52,962 nucleotides of DNA, from positions 1-52,962 of IMG/VR virus record IMGVR_UViG_3300030380_000587; one strand, given 5' to 3'. The notes beneath the pieces are model-generated. The model saw nothing but the letters and a program-made list of their open reading frames with translations. It was not told the origin of the DNA and did not search any database. Source of the DNA: a virus. Its lineage: Duplodnaviria > Caudoviricetes. The position numbers were made by a program, and so were the translations under genes. Positions 1 through 7,341 of the stretch are shown piece after piece. Positions within the stretch are counted from its first letter, which is position 1; each line of letters begins with the position of its first letter.

Positions 1-93
1 ATTCTTCTAAATCAAAAGTAATTGGTGCTTGATAGATACACTCAATGTATCTTGGTTTGTCGCTATCTACGTTCATAATGTTTAAACCTCCTC
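1..93. repeat. Copy 1 of left flank, repeated at 52661-52753
   Basis: 1-77 is identical to 52661-52737, with one mismatch at 78/52738, then identity through 93/52753. Contains the 5' end of the 85-aa gene seen complete at 52479-52736. Confidence 0.95.
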
Positions 94-303
94 CCTTATT
101 ACTCTATATTTTGCTATTGGTGTTGTTGCATTTGTTTCTCTCCACCCTTCATGGTTAGTAAAGGTCGGATAAAAAGCCACATATTGTCTACCAGATTTCT
201 CATCTGTCCAGAAATTTACATCTACATTTACACCTTCTTCTAGCTCTAAATCAGTCCAGTTATCTTCTTGCCATCTGAAATCCATATACTCATTTATGTC
301 CAT
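82..303 (-). CDS. Small acidic early protein (cassette allele A), unknown function
   Basis: 73-aa ORF with GGAGG SD; ends EEV-stop inside the repeat. Confidence 0.85.
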   Translation of the reverse strand: MDINEYMDFRWQEDNWTDLELEEGVNVDVNFWTDEKSGRQYVAFYPTFTNHEGWRETNATTPIAKYRVIREEV

Positions 304-377
304 AACGTTTAAACCTCCCCTTCTAAATCTTTTATTAATTCTTCTGCATCATCTTCATCATAAGACTTTTGCTCTAT
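297..377. repeat. Copy 1 of right flank, repeated at 52882-52962
   Basis: 81-bp exact match to the last 81 bases of the window. Confidence 0.95.
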
Positions 378-533
378 TAAATATTCTTTAAGTTCTTCTC
401 TTGTGTTGGGCAAACTATCTTCATAATAATCTGCAACCAAATCAGCTATCCAATCTTTAGCATTATAATCGTTTACATCATCCCATGCCCAAATTTCTGC
501 TAGATTTCTTTTTATAAGTAATATTTTATCCAT
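309..533 (-). CDS. Small acidic early protein, unknown function
   Basis: 74-aa D/E-rich ORF with SD; ends GEV-stop in the repeat. Confidence 0.85.
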   Translation of the reverse strand: MDKILLIKRNLAEIWAWDDVNDYNAKDWIADLVADYYEDSLPNTREELKEYLIEQKSYDEDDAEELIKDLEGEV

Positions 534-538
534 AACGT

Positions 539-772
539 TTAAACCTCCTCATCTTCTGGATATTGTTCTTCATAGCTTTTGAATCTTATGACCTTTGCCT
601 CGTGTATTTCTTCGTGCCACCCCTCAAAATAGTCCTCGTTTCTATTGGCTATGTGTTGGTTCTCATCAGAGAAAGCATATCGCTTTGCCTGAGTCTCGCT
701 GTCTGCATCTACTTCTATTGTTGCGAAGTAGTGCCTTTCTATTTCTATTAAATATGTTCCTTCTTTACTCAT
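539..772 (-). CDS. Small acidic early protein, unknown function
   Basis: 77-aa ORF with SD; 'IEVDADSETQA' pattern is common in small phage proteins; ends EEV-stop. Confidence 0.85.
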   Translation of the reverse strand: MSKEGTYLIEIERHYFATIEVDADSETQAKRYAFSDENQHIANRNEDYFEGWHEEIHEAKVIRFKSYEEQYPEDEEV

Positions 773-795
773 AGTGTTTAAACCTCCTTAAGTTT

Positions 796-981
796 TTAAC
801 TTCTATATATCTTAACATTCATTCTTCTAAAGTTCAACCCCAAGCCCTGCCTATCTGTATAAATATTATACTTAGTAATTGAATCTCTTGCGTAAGTCTT
901 CACTCTAAATTTAAAGCCTAAGATATTGATATGCCTAAACTTTTTCTTCGGTGTGAAAGTATCTCTGTATATTTTAATCAT
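796..981 (-). CDS. Small basic early protein, unknown function
   Basis: 61-aa K/R-rich ORF preceded by the GGAGGTTTAAAC repeat. Confidence 0.8.
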   Translation of the reverse strand: MIKIYRDTFTPKKKFRHINILGFKFRVKTYARDSITKYNIYTDRQGLGLNFRRMNVKIYRS

Positions 982-1002
982 AACGTTTAAACCTCCTTTA
1001 GT

Positions 1003-1146
1003 TTATATAATTGTTATCGCAATAATAACTAATACTATTGCTATTGGTTTTAATATATACCAATTTATTCTAAATATCAAGCTATCATCTGCCTGTCTTT
1101 TAAAATCCTGTTGAAAAATTGTCCACTCTTTTTTTAATTTATTCAT
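1003..1146 (-). CDS. 47-aa putative membrane protein (not in ORF track)
   Basis: Hand translation MNKLKKEWTIFQQDFKRQADDSLIFRINWYILKPIAIVLVIIAITII; SD repeat upstream; hydrophobic C-terminus. Confidence 0.75.
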   Translation of the reverse strand: MNKLKKEWTIFQQDFKRQADDSLIFRINWYILKPIAIVLVIIAITII

Positions 1147-1162
1147 CATGTTTAAACCTCCT

Positions 1163-1426
1163 CTAGTTGTTTAAGTCTGTTAATATATATTCACCACTCT
1201 GAATCTTTTTCCTTGTGTCGGCTATGCCCTCATTTAGAAATTGATTTCTGTATTTTCCTGTAGTCGTTGAATAATCCCAAAAATATTCATCAAGATATAT
1301 TTTACCTTGTGATTTCTTAGCAATTATACTTCTATAACTTTGGAAATATTCCTCGCCTTTATCATTTATAATAAACTGGTTCGCCACTTTATTACCTCTT
1401 GCACTTGTCATATTTTGTACACGCAT
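1163..1426 (-). CDS. Conserved phage early protein, unknown function
   Basis: 87 aa; FQSY...WDYSTTTGKYRNQFL pattern recurs in phage early proteins; SD repeat upstream. Confidence 0.8.
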   Translation of the reverse strand: MRVQNMTSARGNKVANQFIINDKGEEYFQSYRSIIAKKSQGKIYLDEYFWDYSTTTGKYRNQFLNEGIADTRKKIQSGEYILTDLNN

Positions 1427-1636
1427 TGTTTAAACCTCCTTTGATATTTGTAATTAATTAAACAATATGAACACCTTATAAAATTATTAATCACATTGCA
1501 AGTGTTTTAATCAAATTATTTTAAATTTATTTTAATTAAATTGCTTGTGTTCTCTGTCAATTTGTGCTAGTGATTTTTTTAACTAACATTTTTACAAATA
1601 AAATGCAATAGTTTTTTTAAGTTTATTTAACTAAAT

Positions 1637-1656
1637 TACTGTATAAATATACAACG
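1637..1656. promoter_or_regulatory. Possible LexA (SOS) box
   Basis: TACTGTATAAATATACAAC = CTGT-N8-ACAA, one mismatch from CTGT-N8-ACAG, in the intergenic region upstream of the early array. Confidence 0.35.
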
Positions 1657-1800
1657 TTTTAAATGCTCTCTATTGAACGTTTAGCAAGTAGTTAAGGGCA
1701 TAACATCAGATAGACAAACAAGCCCTTAAAACGGCTCTAATTAGCTTGAATGATTAAGGGGTAAAGTTTAAACGCTTTGCAAGTGTGAGAAATTCAAGAC

Positions 1801-1832
1801 AAAAAAAAGCCCCAATTAAGGGGCTAATTTTT
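1801..1832 (-). terminator. Rho-independent terminator after the SprT-like gene
   Basis: Minus strand AGCCCC-TTAATT-GGGGCT followed by a T run. Confidence 0.85.
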
Positions 1833-1841
1833 AGAGAGAGT

Positions 1842-2444
1842 TTAAACAATCTCTAGGGTATCACTTCCGCAACCATTACAAATTGTGTTAGTCATTCTGG
1901 CTATCATGGTCTTTGATGCTCTCCAACCAAACCCACAAGATGAACACTCCATTTTTATATTTCTGGTGCTTTGTTTCTTCTTGTTAGCTGTTGAAACTTC
2001 CGCATGGGGATAGTCTCCCAACTCTGAAACAATTTGCTCTAGTTTCTTTTTTAGTTCATCTCCAGCAACTGTTGCAGTCATTTTCCCAGTTAAGCCAATC
2101 TTAACCGCCATATCTTTAAATGGTTTTTTATGCCCATTCTTGCAGTCATCAACAGCGTGAATCATCTCATGGCTTAAAACGTCAAGAGCTTGAATAGAAT
2201 CACTAACAACGGGGCTAATGAATATTTCATTTACTCCAGCTTCTGAGCTGTTGCGATTATGACATACGCCTATTGCTTGATTTTTTGAGCCACTTCTTCC
2301 GCCACTTGCGGGAAATCCACAACTCACTTTTATATCTGTTGGAACTTCAATATCTACTGGTTCAAATACTTGTTTTACAAGCTTTGCCATTCCATCAACA
2401 AGCCACTCTTCACGGGTTCTAGTTTTATTTTCTAATAGTTTCAT
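1842..2444 (-). CDS. SprT-like zinc metalloprotease with C-terminal zinc ribbon
   Basis: HEMIH (HExxH) followed by GH..PF; C-terminal CSSC...CNGC. Start placed at 2444 because of the GGAG SD at 2454-2457 (ORF track start is 2477). Confidence 0.75.
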   Translation of the reverse strand: MKLLENKTRTREEWLVDGMAKLVKQVFEPVDIEVPTDIKVSCGFPASGGRSGSKNQAIGVCHNRNSSEAGVNEIFISPVVSDSIQALDVLSHEMIHAVDDCKNGHKKPFKDMAVKIGLTGKMTATVAGDELKKKLEQIVSELGDYPHAEVSTANKKKQSTRNIKMECSSCGFGWRASKTMIARMTNTICNGCGSDTLEIV

Positions 2445-2593
2445 GTTTATATACTCCTTTTGATTATTGTTAAACATAAGAGTATTTTAACCCGAAAAGC
2501 AGTTTAAACACAACCCCCAAAATGAAAAAACTTTAATTTATTTTTAGGGGTGGTTTTACCACGCTTTGCAAGTTGAAAAGTTTGAAATATAAA

Positions 2594-2697
2594 CTGTATA
2601 AATTTTGTACAACTTGCCAAACGCATTAACTAGCTTTGCAAGTTTTAGAAACTGTACAATTTTTGTACAGCTTTACAACTGTATAAATTTTGTACAG
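2594..2697. repeat. Three 19-bp imperfect palindromes CTGTAYAAWTTTTGTACAR
   Basis: Copies at 2594-2612, 2652-2670 and 2679-2697, interspersed with GCTTTGCAAGT repeats (~2563, 2633, 2727; also ~1774). Confidence 0.85.
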
Positions 2698-2976
2698 CTT
2701 GAAAAGTAGCCCGTAAATCTTGCCACGCTTTGCAAGTGTATCAAGTTTAAACGTTGTAGCTATAAGCTTTGAGGGGTAGGCAGAGTGCCATAGGGGGTGG
2801 GTGGCATATATACTAAATCTCATACATTTCTAGCCAGTTTTAGACGTTAACCAGATGACCGCCTAACCGTCAAACCACTTTCCAATCGTGCAAAGATTCA
2901 TATATTTTTTGACAAGCTTGTAAAGTAGTTTTATGGGGTATTATACTGGTATGTAACGGGGGGTATCGTTACACTC

Positions 2977-3005
2977 ATTATACATCTCAGAACACCTTTT
3001 GTCAA
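2977..3005 (-). promoter_or_regulatory. sigma70 promoter, leftward
   Basis: TTGACA-17 nt-TATAAT on the minus strand. Confidence 0.85.
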
Positions 3006-3042
3006 GTACTATCGAAATTATTTTTAAATATGCAGATAATGC

Positions 3043-3071
3043 TTGACAAACTGGTAAATGGCGTATATAAT
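3043..3071 (+). promoter_or_regulatory. sigma70 promoter, rightward (packaging/structural arm)
   Basis: TTGACA(3043)-17 nt-TATAAT(3066). Confidence 0.85.
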
Positions 3072-3078
3072 AATAGGC

Positions 3079-3507
3079 ATGTCTTACTTACCGGAAAAGA
3101 AAAGAAACTTGACGGAGAAGCAACAATCTTTTTTAGATAACCTCGTGGAAACACGGGGCGATTTTAAAAAGTCCGCAGAACTTGCAGGATACTCAGGTAA
3201 TCACTATCAAATCTTGAAATCACTTAAACATGAAGTAGTAGATTTAGCCTCAGACGTACTTGCTAGGGAAGCACCTACTGCTGCCTTTAAGTTAATTGAA
3301 GTACTTAATTCAGATAGACCTGTGCCACAAGCTAACTATAAGTTACAAGCTGCACAAACTATACTGGATAGAGCTGGTGTTGTTAAGACAGATAAGGTTC
3401 AAGTAGACCATAATGTTAGTGGAGGTATATTTATATTACCAGAAAAACAAACTGTGGAGTTGAAACAGACTTCTGACGGTGTGTACGAAGATATAGTTGA
3501 GGAATAA
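3079..3507 (+). CDS. Terminase small subunit-like protein
   Basis: LTEKQQSFL...SAELAGYS N-terminal HTH pattern and AAQTILDRAG; first gene of the packaging arm. ATG 3058 lies inside the promoter, so 3079 is preferred. Confidence 0.65.
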   Translation: MSYLPEKKRNLTEKQQSFLDNLVETRGDFKKSAELAGYSGNHYQILKSLKHEVVDLASDVLAREAPTAAFKLIEVLNSDRPVPQANYKLQAAQTILDRAGVVKTDKVQVDHNVSGGIFILPEKQTVELKQTSDGVYEDIVEE

Positions 3508-3512
3508 ATAAC

Positions 3513-3713
3513 ATGAAAGTATTTTTAACTGAATTAACTATGTACGGTAAAACATATGCTGGACCTAACATTATAGCGGAAAACATGGACACAGCTATAA
3601 AAGCTGCAGAACAGAACGGATTAGAGTTAGTTGGTGAGTTAGATACAATAGTAGTTGACGACTCTGGTAATTCTTACCATACTGAACTCTCATTTGAGGA
3701 GACAATACACTAA
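3513..3713 (+). CDS. Hypothetical protein
   Basis: 66 aa, GAGGA SD, coupled to the next gene. Confidence 0.75.
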   Translation: MKVFLTELTMYGKTYAGPNIIAENMDTAIKAAEQNGLELVGELDTIVVDDSGNSYHTELSFEETIH

Positions 3714-3910
3714 TGCCTAGAAAGAAAACAACGACTAAAAAGAAATCAACAGTAAATAAAGCAGGTAACTATACTAAACCTACCATGCGTAAAAGACTAT
3801 TTGAAAGAATTAAAGCCGGTTCTAAAGGCGGTAAGCCCGGACAATGGAGTGCTCGTAAGGCTCAGATGTTAGCTAAACAGTACAAAGCCAAAGGCGGAGG
3901 TTACAAATAG
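3713..3910 (+). CDS. Small Lys-rich protein (GQWSARKAQ family)
   Basis: 65 aa; GGKPGQWSARKAQ...YKAKGGGY motif; TAATG overlap. Confidence 0.8.
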   Translation: MPRKKTTTKKKSTVNKAGNYTKPTMRKRLFERIKAGSKGGKPGQWSARKAQMLAKQYKAKGGGYK

Positions 3911-4152
3911 TGGCACTTAAAAAGTCTCAAAAGTCTCTCAAAAGGTGGACAGACCAGAAATGGAGAACTGCTAGTGGTAAGAAATCTTCTGAAACAGGAG
4001 AAGTCTATGCCCCTGCAGCGACTATAAAGAAACTTAAATCAACTGCATCAGGTCGTAAGAAACTTGCAGCAGCTAATAAAAAGAAAAGAGAAGCAACCAA
4101 AAAAGGCAAACAACACGCAAGACATGGATTACATAAGGGGAAAAAAAGATAA
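3910..4152 (+). CDS. Small Lys-rich protein (QKSLKRWT..W family)
   Basis: 80 aa, GTG start overlapping the previous stop; highly basic. Confidence 0.75.
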   Translation: MALKKSQKSLKRWTDQKWRTASGKKSSETGEVYAPAATIKKLKSTASGRKKLAAANKKKREATKKGKQHARHGLHKGKKR

Positions 4153-4442
4153 TGGCTAAAAAGAAAGACCCAAGATTAGCTAGAGCAGGAGTTAGTGGTT
4201 TTAACAAACCTAAACGTACTCCTAATCATCCTAAAAAATCTCATATTGTTGTTGCTAAAGAAGGTGATAAAATAAAAACAATTAGGTTTGGACAAAAGGG
4301 AGCTAAGACTGCAGGGAAACCTAAAGCAGGAGAATCAGCTCGAATGAAAGCAAAACGTAAATCTTTTAAAGCTCGTCATGCAAAGAACATTAAACGAGGT
4401 AAAATGTCAGCAGCTTATTGGGCTGACAAGGTAAAGTGGTAA
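4152..4442 (+). CDS. Conserved basic phage protein
   Basis: 96 aa; IRFGQ..RKSFKARH..SAAYWA motif typical of a widespread viral family. Confidence 0.8.
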   Translation: MAKKKDPRLARAGVSGFNKPKRTPNHPKKSHIVVAKEGDKIKTIRFGQKGAKTAGKPKAGESARMKAKRKSFKARHAKNIKRGKMSAAYWADKVKW

Positions 4443-4862
4443 ATGGCTTACTCACAAAAAGTAATTGACAGGTTTGAGAGTGTACTCAATGAACCTGAAA
4501 AACACTCAGTAGGTAGGTTTAATCCCCAAGACCCTAATGTTGCTACTGGTATGACAGGAGCACCTGCATGTGGTGATGTAATGCGATTACAGTTAAAGTT
4601 AAACGGAGACATCATAGAAGATGTTAAGTTTAAAACTTATGGCTGTGGTTCTGCTATTGCATCAAGTACTATGTTTGTAGATATGCTGAAAGGTAAAACT
4701 ATAGACGAAGCAAAACAAATAAAAGATAAAGATATTGCCGAAGCTTTAGAACTTCCTCCTATCAAACTACATTGTAGTGTGTTAGCAGAGGAAAGTATTT
4801 GTAAAGCTATAGAAAATTGGGAAGAAAAAGTCGCACATCGACAACATAATTATTATGGGTAG
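4443..4862 (+). CDS. iscU: Fe-S cluster scaffold protein IscU
   Basis: GAPACGD, FKTYGCGSAIASS and LPPIKLHC: three conserved Cys and an HscA-binding LPPVK-like motif. Confidence 0.95.
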   Translation: MAYSQKVIDRFESVLNEPEKHSVGRFNPQDPNVATGMTGAPACGDVMRLQLKLNGDIIEDVKFKTYGCGSAIASSTMFVDMLKGKTIDEAKQIKDKDIAEALELPPIKLHCSVLAEESICKAIENWEEKVAHRQHNYYG

Positions 4863-5043
4863 ACAAATAGGTACTGACGATAGCAAAGATGCTGTTCCAT
4901 TAAGGAGGAGTATTTATGGTAAAAGTGATGGTGGTAAAGGTGCAAGACCTAGACCCGGAGTATATTCACAACAGTACAAAGACAATTTCGACAAGATTTT
5001 TGGCAAAAAATCGGGAGTAAAAAATGATAAAACAAAAGATTAA
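4855..5043 (+). CDS. Hypothetical phage protein
   Basis: 62 aa; GKG.RPRP...Y.DNFDKIF motif. Confidence 0.75.
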   Translation: MGRQIGTDDSKDAVPLRRSIYGKSDGGKGARPRPGVYSQQYKDNFDKIFGKKSGVKNDKTKD

Positions 5044-5272
5044 CTTAGTTGCTGATTGGCTACTGGGTATGCGTAAGAGGCTTTCTGAGAAACTTAAATT
5101 GTGGAAAAAGTGGTGTTCTCAGAAAGTCCAGCATTTTCACAAACTAATGAAAGCAAGTAGAATATATAAAGTTGCTAACAAGGTAATACAAAGTGAACCT
5201 AAGACAGCGAAGAAAAAAAAAGCATCAACTAAGGCTAAGACAACGAAGAAGACTACACCAAAGAAAAAGTAA
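5024..5272 (+). CDS. Lys-rich hypothetical protein
   Basis: 82 aa, GGGAG SD, histone-H1-like K/T/A tail. Confidence 0.65.
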   Translation: MIKQKINLVADWLLGMRKRLSEKLKLWKKWCSQKVQHFHKLMKASRIYKVANKVIQSEPKTAKKKKASTKAKTTKKTTPKKK

Positions 5273-5464
5273 ATGCCTACAAAGTTTAAGCCATCAGTCA
5301 AAAAATATGACCGGAAAACTGGTGTAACAACTGTTGAGCATTACTATATTAAAAATACAAGTAAAGAAGATTTACTAAAAGAATTAGAATCTCGTCATTT
5401 AAAACCTAAACTAAGGCAAAAGATACATAATGAACTTAGACGTAGAGGACAATATGACAAATGA
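5273..5464 (+). CDS. Hypothetical protein
   Basis: 63 aa; abuts the previous stop codon. Confidence 0.7.
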   Translation: MPTKFKPSVKKYDRKTGVTTVEHYYIKNTSKEDLLKELESRHLKPKLRQKIHNELRRRGQYDK

Positions 5465-5720
5465 ATATATTAAACGAACTTCATCTACAATACCATTTGG
5501 ATATGAGTTAGTAGACGAATCAAGTACATACTTGAAACCTGTTGAAGAAGAACTAGATGCTTTACAGATTGCTGAGAATATGGTAGTCAATGAAGAAGTA
5601 TCACTACAAGCAGCTTGTGATTGGTTAGAATATAAAACAGGTAGACGAATTTCAAGTCCGGGGCTGAAGAAACACATAGATAAAAAATATGGATTACGAA
5701 GCGAAAGACTGGGAAGTTAA
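5454..5720 (+). CDS. Small DNA-binding protein resembling a serine-recombinase DNA-binding domain
   Basis: IPFGY...EEE...SL...WL...GR.IS pattern; no catalytic domain; GAGGA SD supports start at 5454. Confidence 0.55.
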   Translation: MTNEYIKRTSSTIPFGYELVDESSTYLKPVEEELDALQIAENMVVNEEVSLQAACDWLEYKTGRRISSPGLKKHIDKKYGLRSERLGS

Positions 5721-7338
5721 TCCTCATCTTTATGTACAAGATAGCGAAGGCAATTTTGTAAAAAATAAAGATGGTACACCACGAAAAAAAGGTGGAAGAC
5801 CTAGAAAAGATGCGGAATCCGTAGCTCGTAATACGATTACTCGCAAACAAAAAAACATTCAGAAGCTTGAAGAAAAGCTACAAAACGCTAAGAAATCTTT
5901 TAAAAAACAAAAAGAAACACTTCAAAAACTAGACAATACAAAAGAAGGAGTGGTCAGTCCTGAAGATTTGGACACACTTCCTAAAGCTGTTAAAGAACAG
6001 TTAGACCAACACAATGTATTGTTTCATCCAAACGAAGGACCGCAAACAGACTTTCTTGCTGCTGGTGAGAAAGATGTACTTTATGGTGGAGCAGCAGGTG
6101 GTGGTAAGTCTTATGCGATGTTAGTAGACCCACTACGTTATGCACATCGTAAAGCACATAGAGCTTTAATACTTAGAAGGTCTATGCCAGAGTTACGTGA
6201 GATGATTGATAAGTCTCGTGAACTATATCCACAAGCATTTCCGGGTGCTAAGTTTCGTGAAGTAGAAAAACTTTGGAACTTCCCAAGCGGTGCAAAGGTT
6301 GAGTTTGGATTCTTAGAACGAGATGCAGATGTATATAGATACCAAGGACAAGCATACAGTTGGATAGGGTTTGATGAGATAACTCACTTACCTACAGAGT
6401 TTGCATGGAACTATTTAGCATCACGTCTTAGAACAACAGACCCTGAAATAAAAACATACCTACGTTGTACAGCTAACCCCGGTGGTGTTGGTTCACAATG
6501 GGTAAAGAAAAGATACATTGAACCTGTCGAACATAATACAAGCTTTGAGGGTAAAGATGGATTAAGTAGGAAGTTCATACCAGCTAAGTTAGCAGATAAC
6601 CCATACCTTTCTGAAGATGGTGTGTATGAACAAATGCTGAAATCATTACCACCAATTCAACGAAGGCAACTCCTTGAAGGTAACTGGGATGTAGCTGAAG
6701 GAGCTGCTTTTGTAGAATTTGACCCAACTGTACATGTAATTACACCATTTGAGCTACCAATAAACTGGGAAAGAGTTAAATCAGTTGACTATGGGTATGC
6801 TGCAGAAAGCTGTTGTTTATGGGGAATTTTAGACATAAATGACGGAACTTTAATAATTTATCGAGAATTATACAAAAAAGGCTTGACAGGTGAGGAATTA
6901 GGTAGTATAATAACAGATATGGAAATGGAAGACCCATTTTCGGTGAATGGTGTATTGGATACTGCAGCATGGGCAAAAACAGGTACAACTGGTCCAACTG
7001 TAGGTGAATCCTTGGTAAGAGCTGGTCATAAATTAAGACGAGCTGATAAGAATAGAATACAAGGTAAAATTCAAATACATGAATATTTAAAAGTTAAAGA
7101 GAACGGTAGACCAAGGTTACAGATATTTAATACGTGTCCTAATCTAATAAGAGAATTACAATCTATCCCTCTTTCAAAAACGAATCCTGAAGATGTTGAT
7201 ACACATGCTTCGGACCACGCATACGATGCGTTACGTTATATGATAATGAGTAGACCTAGAATGGAAAGCCCATTAGAAAGAATCAGAGGATTGAAACGAG
7301 AGATGTACAGACCTTCTGACTCTAAATTTGGATATTAA
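5689..7338 (+). CDS. terL: Terminase large subunit
   Basis: Walker A GGAAGGGKS, Walker B WIGFDE, motif ANPGG, nuclease motifs SVDYG and DHAYDALRY. Confidence 0.95.
   Translation: MDYEAKDWEVNPHLYVQDSEGNFVKNKDGTPRKKGGRPRKDAESVARNTITRKQKNIQKLEEKLQNAKKSFKKQKETLQKLDNTKEGVVSPEDLDTLPKAVKEQLDQHNVLFHPNEGPQTDFLAAGEKDVLYGGAAGGGKSYAMLVDPLRYAHRKAHRALILRRSMPELREMIDKSRELYPQAFPGAKFREVEKLWNFPSGAKVEFGFLERDADVYRYQGQAYSWIGFDEITHLPTEFAWNYLASRLRTTDPEIKTYLRCTANPGGVGSQWVKKRYIEPVEHNTSFEGKDGLSRKFIPAKLADNPYLSEDGVYEQMLKSLPPIQRRQLLEGNWDVAEGAAFVEFDPTVHVITPFELPINWERVKSVDYGYAAESCCLWGILDINDGTLIIYRELYKKGLTGEELGSIITDMEMEDPFSVNGVLDTAAWAKTGTTGPTVGESLVRAGHKLRRADKNRIQGKIQIHEYLKVKENGRPRLQIFNTCPNLIRELQSIPLSKTNPEDVDTHASDHAYDALRYMIMSRPRMESPLERIRGLKREMYRPSDSKFGY
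6883..6911 (+). promoter_or_regulatory. sigma70 promoter internal to terL
   Basis: TTGACA(6883)-17 nt-TATAAT(6906). Confidence 0.7.
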
Positions 7339-7341
7339 GGT

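Larger units (their letters stand above)
80..1439 (-). repeat. Dispersed 12-bp repeat GGAGGTTTAAAC (SD + palindrome GTTTAAAC) before each early gene
   Basis: GTTTAAACCTCC on + strand begins at 80, 307, 537, 776, 985, 1150, 1428, and also at 52740 and 52892. Each lies a few nt upstream of a minus-strand ATG. Confidence 0.95.

Noticed and set aside
1-377. Simple direct terminal repeat or clean circular overlap
   Set aside because: The two shared blocks enclose different genes, so the ends cannot be merged into one sequence; this fits a variant bubble better.
563-1114. Plus-strand ORFs 563-751 and 926-1114
   Set aside because: Antisense to SD-supported minus-strand genes; shadow ORFs.
80-1439. 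CRISPR array or integron attC array
   Set aside because: Repeats are only 12 bp, spacers are 150-280-bp ORFs, there are no attC-like hairpins or GTTRRRY cores, and no cas or tyrosine integrase gene was recognised.
2594-2697. Tandem LexA boxes
   Set aside because: CTGT and ACAG are separated by 11 nt, not 8.
2626-2823. 65-aa minus-strand ORF
   Set aside because: Runs through the palindromic repeats, has no SD and its sequence mirrors the DNA repeats.
5454-5720. Functional serine integrase for the cassette array
   Set aside because: Only ~88 aa with no catalytic domain; at most a DNA-binding module.
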